Shown: positions 51,172-60,600 of the stretch, one piece after another
How the letters are laid out: every line of letters begins with the position of its first letter
How positions within the stretch are numbered: position 1 is the first letter of the stretch
Origin: Nemertoderma westbladi
Lineage: Eukaryota; Animalia; Xenacoelomorpha
Assembly (NCBI GenBank): GCA_032718475.1
Contig: JAUCBJ010006617.1
Span: 13,647 to 77,646 of the forward strand
Direction of reading: 5' to 3'
Length of the DNA stretch: 64,000 nt
The notes under the pieces: generated by a model
What the model was told of the DNA's origin: nothing
Databases searched by the model: none
Seen by the model: the letters and a program-made list of their open reading frames with translations, nothing else
Translations under genes and position numbers: made by a program

Positions 51172-54100
51172 ATGAGCCGAGAGAAAGGAACGACACCGCC
51201 GCGGACCCCGGACGACGATCTAACGATCCGCGAGGCCACGGCGAGACGACACGAACCCACGGCGCTGGTCGATGATACGCCGACCACGTCGACGCAGGTT
51301 GACGCCACGTCGACAACGAGCAACCCGGCGAACCAAGATGTGGGGGGTCGTCTACCAGGAGAGAGCGAGTCGAGTAGAGGGGACGAGTCGGGAGGAGAAG
51401 AGAAAGACGAGTCGACGCGGAGTGAGGGTCGACATACCGATGTCACCGGTCAGCCACAGGCCGAGGACGACGGACGGTCCACCGGAACGGCAACGGTGGG
51501 GCCGTCGGTACGACGTCGGACCCGGAGAGACAGAGGAGAGGTCGGCGACGAGGACGTCGGGGTTTCTGATCGACTTCGACGGGCCTACAACGCGACCCGG
51601 GAACTACTAAAGGAGGCCAAGGAGGGGGCGAAGATAGACGAGGTGAGACTGAGAAAGCGACTAGGTGAGTCGAACAGATACTTTGATCACCTAGTGTGTT
51701 CTGGACAGAGAGAACTAGCAGAGTTGAGGGCGTGGGGAGTTGCCTTCGAACTGTATAAACTGTGGGAATGTGGGGGTATGGAACCTAGTGTAGTGTACAT
51801 AGGGCCATACTTAGTCGATGCCAGGGAAGTTAAGTTAGTGGGTTGGAAGAGACCTGGGGAGGGCGAATCCGAGGTTAACTCCGAGGATTCGGTCTCGTCG
51901 GTCGGAGGAAGTTCCGGGAGGCGGGGGAAAGTTAGTGGGACGGAGGGGCGGCGGGAGTCCGTCGCAACCGATAAGTCTGCTACATCCTCCGCAAAAGAAA
52001 GAAGGGTGCGAGAGAGTGAACGCGTGGCGTATAAATTAGAAAAGGTTGCGACAGAGCAGAATGAGTTAGAGAGACGATTGAGAGAGGAAACCGCATGGTT
52101 GGAGAGAGAAAGAGAGTGGGCAAGGGAGGATAGAGAGAGAGTCAAGGAGTGTAGAGAGCGGGAGATGAGAGTAGAGAGCGAGCCGGCGAGCTGGTTTGAT
52201 ATGCTTGCGAGAGATACCGAGTTGGCCGAGCAAAGTTTACATGATTTGCGTGCCCAGCTAAGGGGGCTTGCGCAATATCAAGCCAAACTAGACCAGCGCC
52301 GACTAGAACTGGCGCGGTTGGAAATGTCAGAGAGTGAGACCCCACTTACAGACACCGGGCGAGAGAACCAGAGCTGGTGTAGCCGTACGGGCGGGGGGGG
52401 TAGTAGTAGTACGTTAGAGACAGTTAATGTTAATAGTACCGTAGTAGATAACCATAATCCCTTTATTACAGGAAATAATATTTTACCGGGTAGTAGTAAT
52501 TTAAATTTAAATACAAATATTCTAAATAATAATTTCAATTCAAACCCGCAAAATAATTCGAATAATAATTTAAGTTTAGAGAATAGTAGTGATCTAAGTA
52601 ATTTAAATAATTTAAATAATAATCTCGTTTCAAATTCTAATAATTTAATTGATTTAACAAATAATATTGGGAATGGTGCTATTAATATGAGCGTGTCGGA
52701 CGTACATAACCCGGCAGACGGTGGCCTGGTAGGCCACGTAGTTAGTAGGCAGGAAGTGGCAGGGTTGAGCCAACCCGACGGCGGCCTGGTAGGCCACGTA
52801 GTTGGTAGGCAGGAGGTAGCGGGGTTGAGCCAACCCAAGGTGGGCCTGATGGGCCACGCAGTAGTAGAGAGAGAGGCGGGGGTGAATAGACCCAGCCGTA
52901 GTAAAGACAGTGCGTCGACTAGAGAGGGGTGTAGAGACGAAGTGAGAGATAGTGAAGTTAGATGTGGCGAGTGGGGGGGGGCTACGGGCGCCCCACCAAA
53001 TAAGATTAGTGGCGAGAGAGGGGGGGCAGAGAATGCCCCACAAGAGGGGTGTAGAAGTGTAGTAAGAGGTAGTGAAGTTAGAAGTGGCGGGTGGGGGGGG
53101 GCTACGGGCACCCCACCGCGAGAAGTTAGTAGAGAGAGAGGGGGGGCAGAGAGTGTCCCGCAGACGTCAGCGGATAATGCGCGGGCCGAATCAGGTGAAC
53201 CGCAACACCCGGCGACGGAGAGTAATAGGGGGATTGCGAGTATCCCCAGCGGCGTGCGATCGAGCAGAGAGAGGCAGGTTGACGTCGCGAGAGGGCAGAC
53301 GAAGCGTCGAGCCCGATCAGAAGAGGGAAGAAGAACAGTGGAGTTCAACCGGGAGGTCGACGAGAGATCTCACGAGCCGGAGTACTGCACTGAAAAGAGA
53401 AGAAGAGGAGATAGTAGAAGAGGTGTCGCCACGAACGATAGGAGTGTGAGGACGGATAGCGGACCGTCGATAATAGAGATGGAGTTAGGAAGTCGGTGGG
53501 GTCGAACTTCGGGAGATTGCCGTCGCCCCGGAGAAACACACCGCACGCCAAGAAAGGGGTACAGGACGTACCAATACGAAGAAGAGAACAGGAGAGGGGA
53601 TCGAGGGGAAACTTCCCGACGTGATATAGCTGCCGATCGAGAGTACGGTAGTCGCGGGGAGATTCGAGATTCGCGAAGAATAAACTTCGGTTCGGAAGGG
53701 CACATGCAGACTGCAGGACATACTGTAGGCCTTACTGCACATACTATTATAGGCCATGCTGGGAGAGATAGAGTAGGCGATGGGGTAGCGCGAACGACGG
53801 AATTAAACCCGGAAGTCGCGGAGTACATACCGGTAGGTAGGCGAGAGGTAGGTAGGCCTATATCGGTACAGCAGCATGACTATAATACACAGGGACATAA
53901 GATATATCCAGGGGAGGGGGGAGTTATTGGAGATAGACGTATGGGCCCCAATGTATTAACATCAACCCCAGTACCAAACATACCGGCTGGGGGGGGACAG
54001 GGTGACATTCCCCCATCACAATATCGACAATATACCCCGATAGGAGCAAGAATATCGAACTCCCTGGACGAGAGCAGGTCGTGCGGACAGTCACCACCAC

Positions 54101-54858
54101 ACGCGGCCATACAGGGGACTACCAGTCCACAGTTAGCTGGTAGTAGGGCCACACCGTGGCAGGGACAGAAAGAAAATAACACTATATATAATAAACACAA
54201 TCCCAATATACCCAGTAGGCCGAGTCTAGACAACCAAAACATTAAATCGGTACATATAAACCTAAGCGCGATACGTGAAGGACTATACAGGAAACGCTAT
54301 AATCCAGGATTCCAATGTCAACTACATCGGGACGGAACCCATAAGACCAGGAGTTGCAAGTATTGGCAAGCGTTGCCCAAACGAGATCGTGTAGCCTACA
54401 CAGACGCAAACGGACTATGTCATCGATGTGTGGTAAAAGGACACAGATCCGGAGAGTGTTGGAAAGGGAGAGGATGTGAAAGGACTAGACCAGGGGCAGA
54501 GAAGCCCATTAGCAAACATAAGGGAGTCGGGAAAGTAGGAGGAGGCGTGTTGCATACACACGCAGGACGGACACAGTGCGAGGGGGCATTGCACGGGCAG
54601 ACACCGCGTGTACCGAGGGACGAGCGGGGGCCGTCGAGGGCTCTAATGCCAGCGCACATACGAAGGGGGAGGCCAGCAAAGGTGGCACCGAAGAGAGTGT
54701 GGCGAAGAGTTAGAGGACGTATAGGAGGGCAGCAGGAGAGTGCCTACTGGAAGAAGGGGCACGTGAGAGTTTTTAGTCGTCCAAAGTTTTGGACTGAGGG
54801 GGGTGGGAATGAGGGCGAGACGCCCTTCCCACGCACAAAATATAAAATAATTATTTAA
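51172..54858 (+). CDS. 1228-aa BEL-Gag-related, largely low-complexity protein with C-terminal Zn knuckles
   Basis: Open ATG-TAA ORF with EDSVSSVG motif, E/R coiled-coil-like region, N-rich tract, 20- and 40-aa repeats and CQLH...H...C...CHRCVVKGHRSGEC. No PR, RT or IN motifs. Confidence 0.85.
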   Translation: MSREKGTTPPRTPDDDLTIREATARRHEPTALVDDTPTTSTQVDATSTTSNPANQDVGGRLPGESESSRGDESGGEEKDESTRSEGRHTDVTGQPQAEDDGRSTGTATVGPSVRRRTRRDRGEVGDEDVGVSDRLRRAYNATRELLKEAKEGAKIDEVRLRKRLGESNRYFDHLVCSGQRELAELRAWGVAFELYKLWECGGMEPSVVYIGPYLVDAREVKLVGWKRPGEGESEVNSEDSVSSVGGSSGRRGKVSGTEGRRESVATDKSATSSAKERRVRESERVAYKLEKVATEQNELERRLREETAWLEREREWAREDRERVKECREREMRVESEPASWFDMLARDTELAEQSLHDLRAQLRGLAQYQAKLDQRRLELARLEMSESETPLTDTGRENQSWCSRTGGGGSSSTLETVNVNSTVVDNHNPFITGNNILPGSSNLNLNTNILNNNFNSNPQNNSNNNLSLENSSDLSNLNNLNNNLVSNSNNLIDLTNNIGNGAINMSVSDVHNPADGGLVGHVVSRQEVAGLSQPDGGLVGHVVGRQEVAGLSQPKVGLMGHAVVEREAGVNRPSRSKDSASTREGCRDEVRDSEVRCGEWGGATGAPPNKISGERGGAENAPQEGCRSVVRGSEVRSGGWGGATGTPPREVSRERGGAESVPQTSADNARAESGEPQHPATESNRGIASIPSGVRSSRERQVDVARGQTKRRARSEEGRRTVEFNREVDERSHEPEYCTEKRRRGDSRRGVATNDRSVRTDSGPSIIEMELGSRWGRTSGDCRRPGETHRTPRKGYRTYQYEEENRRGDRGETSRRDIAADREYGSRGEIRDSRRINFGSEGHMQTAGHTVGLTAHTIIGHAGRDRVGDGVARTTELNPEVAEYIPVGRREVGRPISVQQHDYNTQGHKIYPGEGGVIGDRRMGPNVLTSTPVPNIPAGGGQGDIPPSQYRQYTPIGARISNSLDESRSCGQSPPHAAIQGTTSPQLAGSRATPWQGQKENNTIYNKHNPNIPSRPSLDNQNIKSVHINLSAIREGLYRKRYNPGFQCQLHRDGTHKTRSCKYWQALPKRDRVAYTDANGLCHRCVVKGHRSGECWKGRGCERTRPGAEKPISKHKGVGKVGGGVLHTHAGRTQCEGALHGQTPRVPRDERGPSRALMPAHIRRGRPAKVAPKRVWRRVRGRIGGQQESAYWKKGHVRVFSRPKFWTEGGGNEGETPFPRTKYKIII

Positions 54859-54899
54859 TTAAAATAAGAACATAATTAAATAATAGAGTAGGTAGAAGT

Positions 54900-56720
54900 T
54901 AGGTAGTAAGAGTTAGTTAGTTAGTTAGTTAGTTAAAGGGTGGTACGGTACGTAGTACCGTTAGTAGAAGAGTTAGTAGGAGGGTACGTGTAGTACCGTT
55001 AGTAGAAGAGTTAGTAGGAGGGTACGTGTAGTACCGTTAGTAGAAGAGTTAGAGTCAGTAGGTACGTAGTGCCTAGAGTTAGAGAGTTAGTAGGTACGTA
55101 GTACCTAGAGTTAGTTAGTTAGTAGGTACGTAGTGCCTAGAGTTAGAGAGTTAGTAGGTACGTAGTACCTAGAGTTAGAGAGTTGGTAGGTACGTAGTAC
55201 CTAGAGTTAGTTAGAGAGTCAGTAGGTACGTGGTACCTAGTTAAAGTTAGAGTTAGTAGGTACGTGGTACCTAGTTAGAGTTAGAGCTAGAGGGTACGTA
55301 AGTACCGCTAGTTAGAGTAAGAGTTAGAGGGTACGTAAGTACCGCTAGTTAGTTAGAGATAGAGGGTACGTAAGTACCGCTAGTTAGTTAGAGTTAGAGG
55401 GTACGTAGTACCGATAGTTAGAGAGTTAGAGGGTACGTAGTACCGTTAGAGAGTAGGAGTTAAGGGGTACGTAGTACCGTTAGAGAGTTAATAGGAGTTA
55501 GAGGGTACGTAAGTACCGATTAGAGAGTAAGAGTTAGAGGGTACGTAGTACCGTTAGTTAGTGGAGTTAGAGTAAGAGTTAGAGGGTACGCAGTACCGTT
55601 AGAGAGTAGGAGTTAAGGGGTACGTAGTACCGTTAGAGAGTTAGTAAGAGTAAGAGGGTACGTAGTACCGCTAGCTAGTAGAGAGAGCTAGAGTAGTAAG
55701 AGGGTACGTAGTACCGCTAGTTAGGGGTGTTAGTAGTAGCAGTAGAGGGTTGTGGGCACCGTAAGCGCCACGTAGTTAGAGTTAGTAGGGAATGCGCTGA
55801 ACTTAGTGGGGCACGGGCGTGATGATGTGTGTGATGTAAGAGCAGGGTATGTTAATTAGAGTTAGTGGGAGTTAGAGGTTAGTAAGAGGGTACGTAGTAG
55901 TACCGGTTGTGGTTGTGGGCACCGTTAGCGCCACGTAGATAGAGGTAGAGTTAGTAAGAGGGTACGTAGTACCGGTTGTGGTTGTGGGCACCGTTAGCGC
56001 CACGTAGAGAGTTAGTAGAGTTAGAAGGTGCCGTGCACAAGAGGTGCCGGGCACAAAAAGAGTTAGTAGAGTTAGAAGAGAGTTAGTAGAGTCAGTAGTA
56101 GTTCACATAATTAACGTACCCACTCTGCCGGCACTCAGAGCGTCACGTGTAGGCGATGAGACGTAAAGGGGGTGTAGAGGAGTACAGACGGGCACATGGG
56201 GTGCCAGGTAGTAGAGTTAGAGAGGTAGTAGAAGAGTAGAGAGGGCACATAGGGTGCCAGATAGTAAAGTAGAGTAGAGGTAGCAGAGAGGGCACATAGG
56301 GTGCCAGAGAGTAGAATAGTAGAGACGGGCACATAGGGTGCCAGGTAGTAGAGTTAGAGTGTTAGAGGTAGTAGAGAGGGCACATAGGGTGCCAAGTAGT
56401 AGGTTTAGAGTGTTAGAGAGGTAGTTGAGTAGTAGAAGGGCACAAAGGGTGCCAGATAGTAGAGTGGTTAGAAGAGTGGAGTAGAGTAAGTAGAGCTAGT
56501 TAGTAGAGTTAGCAGAGCTAGTGGAGTAGAGTTAGCAGAGCTAGTGGAGTAGAGTTAGTAGAGCTAGTTAGCAGAGTTGGTAGACTCAGAGGAGTCAAGT
56601 AGAGTTAGTAGAAGTAGAAAGTTAGTAGAGAGTTAGAGTCAGTAGAAAGTTAGAGGCTCTCAGTTAGAGCTAGAAGTAGTAAGAGTTAGTAGTTAGCAGA
56701 GTTAGTTAGATAGTTAGAGT
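54900..56720 (+). repeat. C-poor low-complexity 3' region with a periodic short-hairpin array (homologous to about 22640-24140 on the minus strand)
   Basis: About 24 GGTAC-N3-6-GTRCC units, then 6 GGCAC-N5-GTGCC units, separated by TTAG/AGAG/GTAG linkers. Confidence 0.9.
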
Positions 56721-57142
56721 TAGTAAGCAGTAGGTAGATAGTATGATAGCACAGGGGTAGCATTAGAGATTAAAGCCTTAGGGAGTGACAAGAGAGTGGA
56801 GAGGTAATAGTGCGGAGTGCGAAGAGAGCGTGGGCGCAATTCAAGTGTGGGGGAGGAGAAGTGAGAGGAAGAGTGTGGGACGAGGAGGTCCGGGGGTATG
56901 CGAGAGTTGGAGTAGAGTGGTGAGAGTGTTGGGGAAACAAAAATTGTGTGAGAGAAGCGCACGATCGGCCCGACACGAGACGCCAGAGGGTAGTGACATC
57001 ATACCCATAGGGAGCGGCCTGGAAAGCCGACTCCGAAAAAATATACCCACCCCACACCCGATGCTAGATCGGGATCCAGCGGAATTGTAGCGCACTTGAG
57101 TTGGATGCTATCTTCTTACCGGGAAGATAGCATGGGGGGGAG

Positions 57143-57681
57143 TGTTAGCTTATCCAATTCCGCTAACACAAACCCATAGAGTGAGCCATAAAGCAATATT
57201 GGGAGCACGAGGTTGATTACCAATCAACCTCGTGTCAGCCCAGTAAACGGGGACAATAGGCCCCAAAGGAGACACACACAATAGGGGTCAGGGGCCAAAC
57301 CCCTAACCGAGAGAGAACACAGGGAGTGAAGGGAAACACTCCAAAGGGTGCCAACAGGGATATCAACCAATCAGAGGGGGGCAAGGCATCGATTGAGTAG
57401 CAATAAGGCCACCGTGCAATATAACCAGTTACCAGTAATCATACCGGTCAGTTATTCAGTTTACTCAGTCAGATCAGTAGGGTGGAACGGGGACTTCTGT
57501 CACCGTCCGCTACCGCCATTATATATTACCTATTGTGTCATACTATATTATATCAACTGTCAGACTATTATACCTTTATACATATTACCCAACATCAGAA
57601 CTCTTTTACCTTTCACACACGGCGGGGACGCGTGGGCAGAAAACCCAAACGGATAAACCGGGATCCGTAGATCCCGTCACA
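57143..57681 (+). repeat. 3' LTR of copy 2
   Basis: Direct repeat of 50505-51043. Confidence 0.96.
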
Positions 57682-57684
57682 AGA

Positions 57685-60600
57685 ATTTCATACTCCGACA
57701 ATTGTCAACAAATTGGCAGAACTCCAAGAGAAAACGATTTCCCAACTGGAAACCATCAGAGTAGTCAACACAGTGGCATTGGCTATTTGCATCAGGAACC
57801 CCGAAGTGATAATCATAAGGGTAACCAGCAAAGGTTTCAGACAAATAAATCCCGAGATGAAGTGAGAGAGGTTCCTAATTCTCAAATAACACAAGATCAT
57901 GTGCTGTCTCAGTTGATGGAACGTCTAGATGGGATGGAACAGGAGTCTGTATTACAACGGGATCTATTGGGGTCTATCCAGAAACAAGTCACTGAATCTC
58001 GAACAAGATGTGTACCTACTGAACAATCAACAACACCACGTCATAATAATGGAGTACAAATACTGACGCCATCACCGCCACATAACGTAATCGGTCAACC
58101 ACCATCTTTTAGTTCTGTAACTAATTCAAATTTAAACACATCAGTCCTCAATGAGAGTTTTGTAAGGATAATGGCCAGATCTGATGCAAGGGAGTCAGCC
58201 ACCATGGGTGGTACAGTGGCAAAATTCAGTGGGAAGCCCCTTTCTTGGCTAGCATTCCGTAATCATTGTTTGACTTCAATCAGTAGTTTCCCATTGACCC
58301 AAGAAGAGAAATTAAATTATTTATTACAATGTTTGGAAGGTGATCCCTATAATTTGGCCAAAGGATACCAGGGAACTACTAATGGATTTGATTCTGCCTG
58401 GGGTGCGATATGCCAACGTTTTGGAAACGAACGCGATATTGCTCAGGAAATGTTTAGACATTTGACAAAGGCCAATAAAGTATCGGAATCTGGATTAATT
58501 ACATTTATTGATGAATTATTCACAATACGTCGACAACTTGAAACACTTGGAGCACTAGCAGAGTTCGATAATCCTATAACTATTGGACAAATTTCAGCTT
58601 TGTTACCCATGTCGGTAGGGAGACAATGGAGCAAACGACTTGTTAGATTAAATGAAAGTAAGCAAAGAGAACCAACAATGGATGATTTTCTTCAATTCTT
58701 ACGTCAACAGCAGACAATTATACTCAAGGAAAGGATGCGAGTTGGAGACGTCAGATCGAACCATGATGCATCATCTCAGTCACAGCAACGTTATAGAAAG
58801 ACGCGTTCACAGAAGGCATGCTGTAACTCAGAATCAAGTGATACTGATAATGAAACAGAGGTCATTCAACAGGTTAAAACCAAGAAAGCATTCAAGTCAA
58901 CTCCATCAAAACAGAAGTTCGAGCCAACCTCATTCAAGAGTACTCCTAAGACCTCATCCAATGGTGAATCAAAATTTACAGTTGATCAATTTATTGAAAA
59001 GGTACAACAGTTGCGATTAGGAGATAGTAGGAATTCAGTGCAAAATGGTACTAGTACTGCACGCCCTCCACCAAAGTGTGTTCGTTGCAAAAAAGGGGAG
59101 CATAGATTGTGGAAATGTCCTCAATTCGCAGAAGATAACATAATATTGAGACGAAAGTTCGCAAGACAAAACAACTTATGTTACAACTGCCTTAGTAACA
59201 TGCACAAACGGCTACTGTGCAAAAGTACCCGGAACTGTGCGAAATGTCATAAATCACACCACACAATGTTGCACCTTGATGAGATTCCTGCGGAGGAAAT
59301 CAGTTCACGGCTTGCCGAGGTTGAACAGGATTATGATGCGGGAGAGTACTCGAGCTGTTCGGATTTTTCAACAGATGAATTTGAGGAAGAGGAAGAAATT
59401 CAATCACAGTTTGCTTATAGAGCTTTGGTATTTGAAGCCAGTGAAGAATCTTCTCCCAAATCGAGCCCCAACCAATCACGGGAATTTCAAGTTGTTCAAA
59501 TATTAATAAGAGGAACTAAGGAACATATTACAGTCAATGCATTGTTGGATACAGGAAGTTCAGCAACATTTATTGATGAAGATTTAGCTAAGAGACTATT
59601 TGATAAACATTATCCAATAAATTTACGAATGTCTGGAGTTATGGACTTGTGGAAATCTAAGGTAAAAACTAGCTTTGTAGTTACAACGATTGAATCAGCC
59701 TCGGTTGGTGATTATGAACCCCTTCACAATGTTAGATTAATCTCTATACCCAACTTTGCTAGGAGTCAACCATTACCATACTTGTGGAATGATTCTGCTC
59801 TGGTTAAGAGACATCATGTACAGCTAGCAGATACTACAATCCCAGGAGTCCATGTGTTAATTGGTCAAAATGTGCATGAAGCCTTTGAAATCATTGAAAA
59901 GATTCCATGTTCACCAAAACCATTATCTGACTATGCTGCACGGACGCGCTTAGGTTGGTTCTGCACTGGACCATCACGTAAAACATTACAACAGCGTAAA
60001 CGAAGTAAACCAGCTATGACGATATGTAGAACTCTCGATGATGTGATCGACATGGCAAGTGAGGCTATATTTGAGGAGGGAAGTGAATTATCTGGAGACG
60101 AAAACGCTACCGGTATTAGATATGAAACACCCGAGGAGGCGATATGTCACTTGTTAAACATATCTGATAAAACCATGAGTTTTGATGATGCATACACAGC
60201 TCGACAACAAGACCCTTATAATGAAGAAATTGCAGAGATTTTACGCAACCGTGCAGAAATTGACCAAGCATTGGACAAAGCAGTAACCCGATGGTTAGAT
60301 CAAGAATCTATTGAACATAATTCCAATTCAAAAACCTTGTCAGCAGAGGAAATACGAGCGAAAGAAATCCAGGATACTACACGTAAGTTATTACCTGATG
60401 GACACTATGAGATTGGTTTGTTATGGAGAGATGATGAGCCAAGATTGATTAATAATCGTGTGTTGGCAGAGAAGCGAGCTCATCAGTTGAAACAACGGTT
60501 GCTAAAAAACCCACCAGCCTTGGAGAAGTATAGAGACAAAATGTCTAGTTACCTGGAAGATGGTTATGCAGAAGAAATTCCTGTTGATGAACCTACAACA

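Larger units (their letters stand above)
50505..57681 (+). mobile_element. Non-autonomous LTR retrotransposon, copy 2 (7177 bp), inserted in BEL gag
   Basis: 539-bp LTRs at 50505-51043 and 57143-57681 (one difference seen); 5-bp TSD AGAAT at 50500-50504 and 57682-57686; PPT GGGGGGGAG at 57134-57142. Confidence 0.96.

Noticed and set aside
52278-53348. 356-aa antisense ORF (and 25929-26762 in copy 1)
   Set aside because: Antisense shadow of a biased-composition ORF with no recognisable motifs.
54900-56720. Telomeric (TTAGG/TTAGGG) repeat tract
   Set aside because: The TTAG-rich linkers are irregular and internal to the element, with no run of a fixed telomeric unit.
50505-57681. DIRS/Ngaro tyrosine-recombinase element or env-bearing retrovirus
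   Set aside because: It has direct TG...CA LTRs with a 5-bp TSD and PPT, and no recombinase, signal peptide or transmembrane segment is visible.
57535-57684. True N-terminus of the 1373-aa ORF
   Set aside because: A GTG-started, LTR-derived sequence that is in frame by chance; the real Gag start is at 48532.
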